From Planctomycetota bacterium (GTDB lineage Bacteria > Planctomycetota > UBA1135 > GCA-002748355): a stretch of 64,000 nt of DNA. A model generated the notes under the pieces. The model was not told the origin of the DNA. It made no database searches and saw nothing but the letters and a program-made list of their open reading frames with translations. Shown here one piece after another: positions 17,008-25,801 of the stretch. A program made the position numbers and the translations under genes. The stretch is from positions 3,458-67,457 of the forward strand of contig NYZE01000058.1 in assembly GCA_002685965.1 (NCBI GenBank), in the 5' to 3' direction. Position 1 is the first letter of the stretch. Each line of letters begins with the position of its first letter.

Positions 17008-19206
17008 TCACGGCCTGGAGCGGTTCAGACACAGGGTAATGCGGTTCGAGTACTGGTTTGTCAAGACGAGATCGTCGAGGCCATCACCATCGACATCGCC
17101 CAGTCCAGCGGAGACCACATCGTAGGTCCCAGCGAAGCGGAACACGGAACCGAAGCCGCCACTGCCGTCGCCCAGGACCACATGCAAGTCCGCGCTACAC
17201 GCACTCGCCACCACCAGATCCTGGTGACCATCGCGGTTGAAGTCGCCGACCCGTAGGGCAGTCGGCCCGAGGCCAACGGTCAGATTCTCACTGTCCCAGC
17301 CCTGCCCGGTACGTCGCACTACCGACAACCAGGACTCACCGAGGTTGCTGACCATCAACTCATCGCGACCGTCGTGGTCCAGGTCCATGGCCGTCACGTA
17401 GATCGGCTGGCGTCCGACCACGACATCCCCGATCCGGCTGAAGGTCCGTCCCTGACCGGCGAGAATGGTGACGTTCGCACCATCGAAACGCGTGACCGCG
17501 AGGTCGCGCTGCCCGTCGCCATCGAAGTCGCCAGCGGTGATCCCCGTTGGCCGACCGGGCAGCTGGATCTCCAGCCCGGGCGCTCTGAACGGCACCCCGC
17601 CGGCAGCACCATAGAAAACGCGAGCGAGGTCCCCGCCCTGGTCCAAGACGACCAGGTCCACCCGTCCGTCCCCGTCCAGATCGTCCAGGGCGGTCGAGAA
17701 CGGGCCAACGCCGCCTCCAAACGGGGCCGCTATGCGAGCCGGCACCAGGTTGAACTCGGTACGTGGGGACGCTGCGGCCAGGTTCATCAGGAAGCGCACG
17801 CCGCCCTTGACCGCAACGACGACATCGACGAAGCCGTCCTGGTTCAGGTCGGCAGCACTCATTGCGCCGGGTTCGATGCCGACGTCGATCTCGCCGTTCC
17901 GCGACAAAACGCCACCGACGCTGCGCATGATGGTGCATACACCGGCAACGCCGTCGGACACGATCGCGTCGGCGCGCCCGTCCTTGTCGAAATCCCCCAC
18001 GACCGCATAGCCCGGCGTGCTCCGCCCCGTGGCGAAGTCTTCCGATCCAGCGAGGCCACCGGCAACCGTGCCGCGCAACAGCGACAACACACCGGTGTTG
18101 AGGCCGGAGGACACGATGTCCATCCGCTCATCATGATCCACGTCGTGCACGGCACTCATCGTCGTCAGGCCTGAGGTCGGGTACTGCCGCTCCGGTCCGA
18201 AGCCAGGACCCGGCGGGTTCTCGACCACGCCCACGGCGGCGTGATTGACGTAGCTGACCACGAAGTGCTGCCTGCCATCGCCGTAGACATCACCTATGGT
18301 CAAATGGAAGGGGCTCCCATCCAGCGCGACGATGCTCGGCAGCTCGAAGTTACCGACGCCGTCGCCGGCGAAGACCGCCAACGACCTCGAAGCGTAGTTG
18401 GCGACCGCAAGGTCCAGGACTCCATCGCCGGTCACATCCGCGCCGATCAACGACAAGGGCTCCTTGCCACCGGCTGCCAGCAACTGGCGGGGTGCCTGGG
18501 CGAAACCGGTCGGCGTTTGGTACCAAACCACGACCTGGTCGTTGGCCCCATCGGTTGCTGCCAGATCGGGTCGTTTGTCGCCGTTGAGGTCGCCTGCCCA
18601 CAAACCTGTCAGGTCGCTGTCCTTGCTGCACGGCGCTTCTACCGGCTTGGCGAAGCCGAGCGCACCCAAGGAACGGAACACGAGGACCATGTGCCGCGCC
18701 CTGCTAGCGACGGCACAATCGACGAGGCCATCACCGTCGAAGTCCTCGGCCACGAAGTCAGCCACGGCGCCCGTAATGAGGCCTGGACCCGTCTCGGTGA
18801 ACCGTCCGATGCCATCGTTGTAAAAGGCTCGCAGACAACCGGCATGCGCGAAGGCAATGACGAGGTCAGGGTCACCATCCCCGTCCAAATCGGCGGCAAG
18901 CACGCCGCTCGGGGCAGCTTCGAACTGCTTTCGAAAGCCCCCTTTTTCGGACAGAACACCCGGAGAGCTCGCCACAAGCACCCGCACCTCTTGCTCTACC
19001 AGGGCCACAACGGCGATGTCGGTCATGCCATTGCCGGTGAAATCCGCGCACGCATGGGCTGCCGGGCTCTTCAGGCCAGTCTCGATCTCGTCCCGCGTCT
19101 CGAAGCAGACATTCGACAACAGGAGCGAACCCGCGTTGCCACCGGACGATGGCTTGCACGCGGCGAGCAGGAGCGGGAGTAGCAGAAGGGCTAGGCGGAG
19201 CTGCAT
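17008..19206 (-). CDS. FG-GAP/VCBS-repeat lipoprotein
   Basis: ATG 19206 gives MQLRLALLLLPLLLAAC, a lipobox; the listed 19215 start is TTG. There are more than 10 repeats of the D(x)DGDGxxDLVV / GDFNRDGHQDLVV type. Confidence 0.85.
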   Translation of the reverse strand: MQLRLALLLLPLLLAACKPSSGGNAGSLLLSNVCFETRDEIETGLKSPAAHACADFTGNGMTDIAVVALVEQEVRVLVASSPGVLSEKGGFRKQFEAAPSGVLAADLDGDGDPDLVIAFAHAGCLRAFYNDGIGRFTETGPGLITGAVADFVAEDFDGDGLVDCAVASRARHMVLVFRSLGALGFAKPVEAPCSKDSDLTGLWAGDLNGDKRPDLAATDGANDQVVVWYQTPTGFAQAPRQLLAAGGKEPLSLIGADVTGDGVLDLAVANYASRSLAVFAGDGVGNFELPSIVALDGSPFHLTIGDVYGDGRQHFVVSYVNHAAVGVVENPPGPGFGPERQYPTSGLTTMSAVHDVDHDERMDIVSSGLNTGVLSLLRGTVAGGLAGSEDFATGRSTPGYAVVGDFDKDGRADAIVSDGVAGVCTIMRSVGGVLSRNGEIDVGIEPGAMSAADLNQDGFVDVVVAVKGGVRFLMNLAAASPRTEFNLVPARIAAPFGGGVGPFSTALDDLDGDGRVDLVVLDQGGDLARVFYGAAGGVPFRAPGLEIQLPGRPTGITAGDFDGDGQRDLAVTRFDGANVTILAGQGRTFSRIGDVVVGRQPIYVTAMDLDHDGRDELMVSNLGESWLSVVRRTGQGWDSENLTVGLGPTALRVGDFNRDGHQDLVVASACSADLHVVLGDGSGGFGSVFRFAGTYDVVSAGLGDVDGDGLDDLVLTNQYSNRITLCLNRSRP

Positions 19207-19295
19207 AGATGGCAAGTGAGGCTAGCGAAGGGACAGATGGCGGGTGGCCCTCATCAAGCATACGCCTTTCCCAGCGGGCGGGTCGGGAGTAGTCC

Positions 19296-19862
19296 CTACT
19301 TCCCCCGAGAAGGGTCTTCCTCCCAAGAAACCAAGGACCGCGGCCTGCCGAGCAAGAGCATCGATTGCACGGCCAGGCGTGGCCCCATCCCACCCGGCAA
19401 GCCGACCGCAGGACTGCGCCTCACCGAGGCCGCAACAACCGGCTTCCCTCCGCTGGAAGCGGTCGGGTGGAGGGGCGCCAAGGTCTCCAAGGCCTCGCTC
19501 TGCAGCTGCCGTCGTTCTATAGGCTTCCGCGTCGCAACGACCGGCGGGCGCTCTTGCACAGGCTCCGCGCGGCCCGTCATCAACTCGCGGATGCGACGAT
19601 GCACGTCGCTCTCTTCTAGCTCTGCCTTCGCCTCGAGGTCTGGCGCCGCCTCCTGGGGCAGTTCCCACGGATCAGGCTCCGGCTCCCAGGCCTCGGACAG
19701 GTCGGGCTCGTCAAGGAGCACATCAGGGTCGTCTGGGGCCGGTCGGGCCGGCTGCTGGGTGGTCCGCTTGGCCGTTCTACCACCCAACTGACCCAGGATC
19801 CCGACGATCACGAGGAAGGCCAGCCATGGATTGTCGAGGAAGAACTGGAGGAGGTCTTGCAC
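19296..19862 (-). CDS. Single-pass membrane protein with acidic/proline-rich disordered tail, third gene of the flotillin operon (same position as Bacillus yqfB)
   Basis: The GTG start lies 6 nt after the floA stop. N-terminal TM WLAFLVIVGILGQLGG; the remainder is low complexity. No recognisable domain. Confidence 0.55.
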   Translation of the reverse strand: MQDLLQFFLDNPWLAFLVIVGILGQLGGRTAKRTTQQPARPAPDDPDVLLDEPDLSEAWEPEPDPWELPQEAAPDLEAKAELEESDVHRRIRELMTGRAEPVQERPPVVATRKPIERRQLQSEALETLAPLHPTASSGGKPVVAASVRRSPAVGLPGGMGPRLAVQSMLLLGRPRSLVSWEEDPSRGK

Positions 19863-19868
19863 GACCCG

Positions 19869-20936
19869 CTACTCCTTCGGAGCCTCCGGCTCACCACCGA
19901 AGGCCGTGCGCATCCCGGTGTCAGCCTCGATGTTCTTGATCTTCATGTAATCCATGATCCCGAGGTTGCCGCTGCGGAACGCCTCGGCCATGGCGTGCGG
20001 CACCTCGGCCTCCGCGAGCACGAGCTTGGCCCGGTTCGACATGACCTCGGCACTCATCTCCTGCTCACGCGCCACCGCCATGGCACGCCGCTCCTCAGCG
20101 CGCGCCTGGGCGATCTGTTTGTCGGCTTCGGCCTGGTCGGCCTGCAATCGCGCACCGATGTTCTGACCGATATCGACGTCTGCAATGTCGATCGACAGAA
20201 TCTCGTAGGCCGTGCCGGCATCTAAGCTCTTCGAGAGCACCGTCTTACTGATGTTGTCGGGGTTCTCGAGCACGTCCTTGTGTGTCGCCGACGAGCCGAT
20301 CGTCGACACGATGCCCTCACCCACGCGCGCGATGATCGTCTCCTCGGTCGCGCCGCCCACAAGGCGCGCGATGTTCGTACGGACCGTTACGCGCGCCTTC
20401 GCCAGCACCTGGATGCCGTCCTTGGCCATAGCCGCGACCTCGGTCTTGCCCTTGGCCGGATCCGGACAGTCGATGACCTTCGGGTTGACGCAGGTGCGCA
20501 CCGCCTCAAGCACGTCGCGGCCCGCCAAGTCGATCGCCGCTGCACGCACGAAGTTCAGGTCGATGCCGGCACGGTCGGAGGCGATCAGCGAACGCACCAC
20601 ATTGATGACATTACCCCCAGCCAGGAAGTGGGCTTCGAGGTCCGTCGTGTCGAGGTCAACCTTGGCCTGCACGCCGCTGATCTTCGCGCGCACGATCACG
20701 GTCGCATTCACACGCCGGAAGCTCATGCCGATCAGCTGCAAGAACGACACGTTCGCCTGCGAGAACTTCGCCTGTAGCCACAGGTTGATGTACTTGAACA
20801 GGATGATCGCGAGGATGAATAGGACGAAGATGAGGACGCCGAGAACCCAGTACATCAGCGTCCCGTCATCCGAGGGGCCTTGGAAGACCGTGACGGGCCG
20901 GAGCGAGGTCACCACTAACAGCGCAAAAGTCATCAC
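19869..20936 (-). CDS. floA: Flotillin-like protein FloA (UPF0365/YqfA, SPFH domain)
   Basis: Long near-identical stretches to B. subtilis FloA as remembered: [13 protein letters not shown]...[80 protein letters not shown] lies upstream of GTG 20936 / ATG 20933. Confidence 0.95.
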   Translation of the reverse strand: MMTFALLVVTSLRPVTVFQGPSDDGTLMYWVLGVLIFVLFILAIILFKYINLWLQAKFSQANVSFLQLIGMSFRRVNATVIVRAKISGVQAKVDLDTTDLEAHFLAGGNVINVVRSLIASDRAGIDLNFVRAAAIDLAGRDVLEAVRTCVNPKVIDCPDPAKGKTEVAAMAKDGIQVLAKARVTVRTNIARLVGGATEETIIARVGEGIVSTIGSSATHKDVLENPDNISKTVLSKSLDAGTAYEILSIDIADVDIGQNIGARLQADQAEADKQIAQARAEERRAMAVAREQEMSAEVMSNRAKLVLAEAEVPHAMAEAFRSGNLGIMDYMKIKNIEADTGMRTAFGGEPEAPKE

Positions 20937-20958
20937 GAACGCTTCTCCATGTCAGTTT

Positions 20959-22998
20959 CTAGTCTGTATCTGTCGTGACAGTCGTCACTACGAGCTGTGC
21001 GAGCTCGACCTGCAGCACGCGTACCGGCGTGCCCGGGTCGATGATCTCGCCTCGCGTCATCGCGTCGAGCTTGCGCCCGTCGATTTCGATCGTGCCGGAG
21101 GGCCGCAGCGTCGTCGCGGCCAAACCAGCCATGCCGACGAAGTCGTCGAGATCCGCGTCACGCACATCCTTACCACTCGGCTGAAAGGTCGGGCCAGCCA
21201 ACAAGAGCTGCTTGCCCACGGCTGTCCTGGGGAGGATGCGAAAGGCCATGATGACCACCGTCGGCAGGGCGACGCCGACACCTACGAAGAACAACATGCC
21301 GGTCGTCGTGCCGTGCCCGAAGGCAAGGAAGACGCTGCTGATCGTCATGACCGCCGCGATCACCGAGAGCACGCCGAAGCTGGGAAAGAAGACCTCGGCG
21401 ACGGCAACCAACAAGCCGATGAACGCCATCAGCACGAGCCAGCCGACCCAGACGGCGCCGGACTCGCTGTCGCCTGGCCGCGCGCACTCGTCGACGATGA
21501 CACGGTTGCCCTCGACCTTGACCACCTCGATCAAGGCCCCCTTTTCCACGAACCCCAGGGCGACGACATCTACTACCGCGCCGTCGATCTCGATGCGGCC
21601 CGCGGGGCGCAGATCCGTTGCCGCGAGCACGCGCCGCCCGAGCAATGCCGAGAGCGTGCTTTCACTCGTCGCTGCCGTCGAAAAGGCCCCCTGCGGTCCC
21701 GCGCTATTGAGGACAAGGTGCCTGAAGAACGGCAAGTGCGGCAGGAACCGGGACAACACCACGCTCACCGCAATGATCGTCAAGATCACGATCAGCAGGT
21801 TGGTCAAGTTGTCCGTCATGAAGTTGCCTTCCATGACCGTCTCCGGCACATAGAACGGTTGCAACGCGAAGAACAAGGAGCCCACCACCAGCAGGAAGCC
21901 GACCCCGCCCGCGATGAAGGTCCCGGGAATCACGAACAACTCGACGAGGACCAGGGCGATCCCCGCAACGAAGAGCAGGATCTCGGTGATCTCCACCAGG
22001 CCGGACAGCCAGGTGCCCGCGAAGAACAGGATGAAACAGAGCAGGGCCAGCGCTTCCGGCACGCCGGTGCCGGGCACCTTGAGGGCGATCACGCCGATCA
22101 CGACGCCGCCCACCAACAGCACCAAGCGCAACCGGTAGAGGAAGGCGGCCAAGCCCTCCGACCAAGTGGGCGTCATCCGCCGCACTTCATCCTCGCCAAT
22201 CCCGAGTTGACTCAACAACTCCTCGAGCGAGTCAGCCCGACCCTCAACCAGCGGCACCTCGAGAGCAAGCGCTTCGCGCGCCGACAGCGTCAAAGGGCGC
22301 ACCGTCAACGGCGACTCTTCGATGACCTTGACACCCTGCTGCCGGCGTAGGGCCAATAAGCTCTGGTCTTCGACGATCTTGGTCTGCTGGACGCCGTCCT
22401 CACCCTTGTAGCGCACACGCACGAGGACGACCTCCCTGTCGACCATCGCTTCGGCGAGCAGGGCCACATCCGGCCCATGATGCTCAGCGATCGTTCGCAC
22501 GTTCTTGCGCGCAGCCGAGATGTACTTGGCGCGCTGCTCGTCCGGCATTGGGACACCCCCGATCCAGACAGGCGTCGCGGCACCGATGGTCGCGCCGTCC
22601 GCCATGAAGATCCGCTTGCACGCCAAGGCGATCACCGCACCGGCGCTGAGCCCCTCTCGCGTGATCCAGGCCACGGTGTCGACTCGCTCGCTGCGGAGCA
22701 TACGCAGCAGCGTCACGACCTGATCCATGCTCGTGACTAGGCCACCGGGAGTGTCAATCTCGAGGATCACCCGGCTCGCGCCCTGTCCCCGAGCCTCGTT
22801 GAGGCAGCGCCGCACCAGTGCGACCATGACGGGTTGAACCTCTCCCTTGATCGGCACCACCAGAGCCCCACCCGATCGACTCCCGGCCGTTCTGCGGCCT
22901 TGGCCCGGCAGCGGCCCGGTCAGCGAGGCCACGCAGAGCGTCGTCACCACCAGAGCACGGACTGTGGACAGGAGCATGGACGCCCTCGAAGCACGCAT
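20959..22998 (-). CDS. Membrane-bound ClpP-class serine protease NfeD (long form) with a second TM+OB (short-NfeD-like) module
   Basis: Signal/TM N-terminus, then a ClpP-like domain (RVILEIDTPGGLV...GLSAGAVIALAC) and a multi-TM block. An OB-fold follows (ATDLRPAGRIEIDGAVVDVVALGFVEKGALIEVVKVEG), then further TMs and a second OB-fold (ATTLRPSGTIEIDGRKLDAMTRGEIIDPGTPVRVLQVE). Confidence 0.9.
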   Translation of the reverse strand: MRASRASMLLSTVRALVVTTLCVASLTGPLPGQGRRTAGSRSGGALVVPIKGEVQPVMVALVRRCLNEARGQGASRVILEIDTPGGLVTSMDQVVTLLRMLRSERVDTVAWITREGLSAGAVIALACKRIFMADGATIGAATPVWIGGVPMPDEQRAKYISAARKNVRTIAEHHGPDVALLAEAMVDREVVLVRVRYKGEDGVQQTKIVEDQSLLALRRQQGVKVIEESPLTVRPLTLSAREALALEVPLVEGRADSLEELLSQLGIGEDEVRRMTPTWSEGLAAFLYRLRLVLLVGGVVIGVIALKVPGTGVPEALALLCFILFFAGTWLSGLVEITEILLFVAGIALVLVELFVIPGTFIAGGVGFLLVVGSLFFALQPFYVPETVMEGNFMTDNLTNLLIVILTIIAVSVVLSRFLPHLPFFRHLVLNSAGPQGAFSTAATSESTLSALLGRRVLAATDLRPAGRIEIDGAVVDVVALGFVEKGALIEVVKVEGNRVIVDECARPGDSESGAVWVGWLVLMAFIGLLVAVAEVFFPSFGVLSVIAAVMTISSVFLAFGHGTTTGMLFFVGVGVALPTVVIMAFRILPRTAVGKQLLLAGPTFQPSGKDVRDADLDDFVGMAGLAATTLRPSGTIEIDGRKLDAMTRGEIIDPGTPVRVLQVELAQLVVTTVTTDTD

Positions 22999-23057
22999 GC
23001 GATTGAGCTTAGCAGCCCATAGCAGCCGAACATCCGTATCAGCCGATAAGAACCGCA

Positions 23058-24617
23058 GTGACTCTCAAGGCGGACTACGACCAACAGACAGGGGTCCGGC
23101 ATTCGCTTGCCACATCCTGCCTTGCCGCGCTCCATGAAGCCGTGCGGTCGCTGGGGCTTGCAGGCGCCGAAAGCCGCAGCCGTCGTGAGTGCATGGTGGC
23201 CGACTGCCTCGCTCAACTGCGCCAGATCCTCGATGAGCACGGCGGGGTGTGGCTGCGTTTCGACCGCGGTAGCCTCGATTTCTGCGGCGTCAGGCTCAGC
23301 GACGGCAACGACACCAGGGAGCTGCGCAAGCTCCTGCAAAGAGGGCAGCTACGTTGCCTACACCTCGATGCGACGATCGATGACCGCGATCTAGGCACCC
23401 TCTTGCAGTTGTTGGGCACCTTCGCGTCCAAAGCGCTGTGGCGCGATGCGCCACTCTGGCATCGCCTTGGCGATGCGGCCCTGCCCGGGGTTCGTTTCGT
23501 CGGCAGCGCCGACCGCGACCCCCGACACACGCTCCTGGCAAGCGCCAGCCTCGAAGAGGACGCGCTCTGGGAGGGATGCTGGAACGAAGAAATTCAGCGG
23601 GAGAGCGAACGCGAACTGGCCCTCGACCTGACGCACGCCCTTGCGGCCGACCTCGCCGACCTGCCACAAGCCTCGCCGTTCCGCGAACGCGCCCTCGTGA
23701 TGTTCAAGCGGATCTTGCAGCGCTTGGTCGGATTGGGCCGCCTGTCAGCGGCGCTCAGCGTGATGGACACGGTCGGCTCGTTGCCGTTCCTCACCACCAT
23801 GGAACAGCGCCAGATCCTCGAGTGCTTGGCCGCCTTCCGAACCGACACCTTCCTGCGCCAGCTCTTGAGCGATCATCCGCCGGCAACGAACCCGGCCGTG
23901 GTCCCTTTCGTCACGAGGCTCGGCCCGCTCGCCACAGCGCTGCTCCTGGAAGAGACGCTGCAGTCGGCTTCGCCTGCGCTCGACGATTTGCTCGATTCCC
24001 TTGTCAAGCAAGACCCGTCGCCCTTCTTGGCAGCGCTCGAGAGCCAGCAAGCGAAGATCCGCGAGCGGGCGCTCGAGCACCTCGCAGATGCCGGCAGCGC
24101 CATTCCGGCACCCACCCTGGAGGGACTCCTCGATGCACCAGCGGCAGGCCTGCGCCTGCGTGCCATCACTCTCCTGCTCGACCAGCACCGCGAGCGCCTA
24201 CCCGATGAACGCTTGTGTGAACTACTCGAAGGCGAGGAGTCGCAGGCCATCCGGCTGATCTTGCTGCGACGCCTCGCGGTTTCCCCAAGACCGACCACGG
24301 CGCCACTTGTGCAGGTCTTCGGTCGCCTCATTGACTGGTTGGCCGCCCACCGCGCCAGCGTGACGCCACCACAGCGCCGACTCGCGTTGACCGCCATCGC
24401 GCGAAGCGGCACGGCCAAGAGCGTCGACTACCTGGTCCAACAGACACGGACCCATGAGTTCTGCGAGACTCGCAGCGCTGCGGTGCGGGCGCTGGCCTCC
24501 ATCAAGAACGCTGCTGCCATAGAGGCGCTCCAAGCCCTGGCGAGCGGCAGGGACGAGGAAGTGGCGGCGATGAGTCAAGAAGCGCTCGACGCAGTAGGCA
24601 CGGGCCAACCGGCCTGA
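23058..24617 (+). CDS. Cytoplasmic HEAT/ARM-like repeat protein
   Basis: Helical repeat composition; C-terminal HEAT-type repeat SAAVRALASIKNAAAIEALQALASGRDEEV. The start (GTG 23058) is uncertain. A stem-loop with T-rich tail follows the stop. Confidence 0.7.
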   Translation: MTLKADYDQQTGVRHSLATSCLAALHEAVRSLGLAGAESRSRRECMVADCLAQLRQILDEHGGVWLRFDRGSLDFCGVRLSDGNDTRELRKLLQRGQLRCLHLDATIDDRDLGTLLQLLGTFASKALWRDAPLWHRLGDAALPGVRFVGSADRDPRHTLLASASLEEDALWEGCWNEEIQRESERELALDLTHALAADLADLPQASPFRERALVMFKRILQRLVGLGRLSAALSVMDTVGSLPFLTTMEQRQILECLAAFRTDTFLRQLLSDHPPATNPAVVPFVTRLGPLATALLLEETLQSASPALDDLLDSLVKQDPSPFLAALESQQAKIRERALEHLADAGSAIPAPTLEGLLDAPAAGLRLRAITLLLDQHRERLPDERLCELLEGEESQAIRLILLRRLAVSPRPTTAPLVQVFGRLIDWLAAHRASVTPPQRRLALTAIARSGTAKSVDYLVQQTRTHEFCETRSAAVRALASIKNAAAIEALQALASGRDEEVAAMSQEALDAVGTGQPA

Positions 24618-24640
24618 TGGCCGGGGCTTTGTCCTTTCTT
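24609..24640 (+). terminator. Candidate intrinsic terminator after the HEAT-repeat gene
   Basis: CCGGCC-TGAT-GGCCGG is a 6-bp GC stem whose loop contains the stop codon. It is followed by the T-rich GGCTTTGTCCTTTCTT. Confidence 0.45.
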
Positions 24641-24693
24641 ACAAACGCGGTCACGCCACAATCTTTTCGCGCCCTTGTCGCACTCATGCCCGC

Positions 24694-25428
24694 ATGACCT
24701 CCACTGACGCTCCCTCCTCGCCAGCCGCCGACAGGGCCGAAAGGCCCCGCATCGATCGCATCATCATTCGACCCTGGCCGAAGGTGGTCTTCCTCTACCC
24801 AACGCTCGTCGTCGCGCTGGTTGGCTGGTTCGCAAGCTACCTGTCGAAGGCCGGCGAACTCGGGCACCCGACGATGGGCTGGATCTTCTGCACGGTCTTC
24901 TTCCTCAACCTCTTGGTCTTCGCGTTCGACTTCTCGCGAATGCAGTCGATCACGATCATCTTCGTGATCATCGCGGCCTTCTTCGGCTTGCTGTGGGCAC
25001 AGAGTCAGTTCGAGACCTTTGACTGGCTCAAGGGACTCCTCGCCAACGTGAACATCAAGATGAACATGCAGTTTTACATGTTCAACGCCTTGTTCCTGTC
25101 GCTGATGCTGTTCCTCGTGTTCATCGACACGCGCTTCCACTACTACGAGATCAATCGCAACGAGATCCTGCACCACCACGGCTACCTCGGTGATATCCAC
25201 CGCACGCCGACCGCCGCGATGCGCATGCAAAAGGAGATCTACGACCTGATGGAGTTCGCGCTTCTCAGGTCGGGCCGCTTGATCTTCTACCCAGCGACCG
25301 CACGGGAAGCGCTCGTGATCGACAACGTCATTGGCATCAACTCGGTCGAAGACCGGATCAAACACCTGCTGTCGAGCGTCTCGGTCCACGTGCGTCAGGA
25401 ACCGCCGGACCAGGGCCCCGTCGGGTAG
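24694..25428 (+). CDS. Integral membrane protein (about 4 TM) with a soluble C-terminal domain
   Basis: ATG start. TM helices VVFLYPTLVVALVGWF, WIFCTVFFLNLLVFAF, ITIIFVIIAAFFGLLW and FNALFLSLMLFLVFI. Coding-like codon usage; no family recognised. Confidence 0.75.
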   Translation: MTSTDAPSSPAADRAERPRIDRIIIRPWPKVVFLYPTLVVALVGWFASYLSKAGELGHPTMGWIFCTVFFLNLLVFAFDFSRMQSITIIFVIIAAFFGLLWAQSQFETFDWLKGLLANVNIKMNMQFYMFNALFLSLMLFLVFIDTRFHYYEINRNEILHHHGYLGDIHRTPTAAMRMQKEIYDLMEFALLRSGRLIFYPATAREALVIDNVIGINSVEDRIKHLLSSVSVHVRQEPPDQGPVG

Positions 25429-25614
25429 CCGTCCGACTCAAGAGCGCGGAGGTCTCGGCCGCGATTGCCGGGTCACCTGCCGCCTCGAGATCTTGGCTAG
25501 CAAGGCACCGCGAGACACAACGTTCTGGTCTGGGCGCCCGAACCCGGCCTACCATGGCAAGCTCACTGCCGGCCAGGCGCGACCGCCGTGGTACACTCTG
25601 GCCGACTGCCCCGG

Positions 25615-25630
25615 GGACGCTACGGCGTCC
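25615..25630 (+). other. Perfect 6-bp GC-rich hairpin with a UACG (UNCG-type) tetraloop inside a 373-nt intergenic region
   Basis: GGACGC-TACG-GCGTCC, read directly. It is followed by further potential pairing, CCAGGA (25635-25640) with TCCTGG (25674-25679). Confidence 0.4.
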
Positions 25631-25801
25631 GTCTCCAGGACATGGCTGCCCTCCGCCTGAAGGTCCGTCAAGTTCCTGGAAGTTTCGCCGGGGAAAACCG
25701 TCCGAACCCTGTTCTCGTGAGTTTTGCCCGGCCACCCTGGCCCCGGCACCGATCTCACGACTCCCTTTCCAGTTCCCTTCCCGAAGGACTGCCATCCGAC
25801 C

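Noticed and set aside
20212-22350. 712-aa plus-strand ORF spanning the floA/nfeD region
   Set aside because: It is antisense to two genes with unmistakable homology (FloA, NfeD). Its translation is Arg/Ala/His/Asp-rich low complexity with no motifs. Long stop-free antisense frames are expected at this G+C.
25590-25700. Possible SRP (4.5S) RNA, because the minus strand reads ...CAGGCGGAGGGCAGCC..., vaguely like the GGAAGGAAGCAGCC domain IV
   Set aside because: The conserved GGAA tetraloop/symmetric-loop sequence is not actually present, and I could not fold a long closing hairpin by eye. It is kept only as an unexplained structured region; an Infernal scan would settle it.
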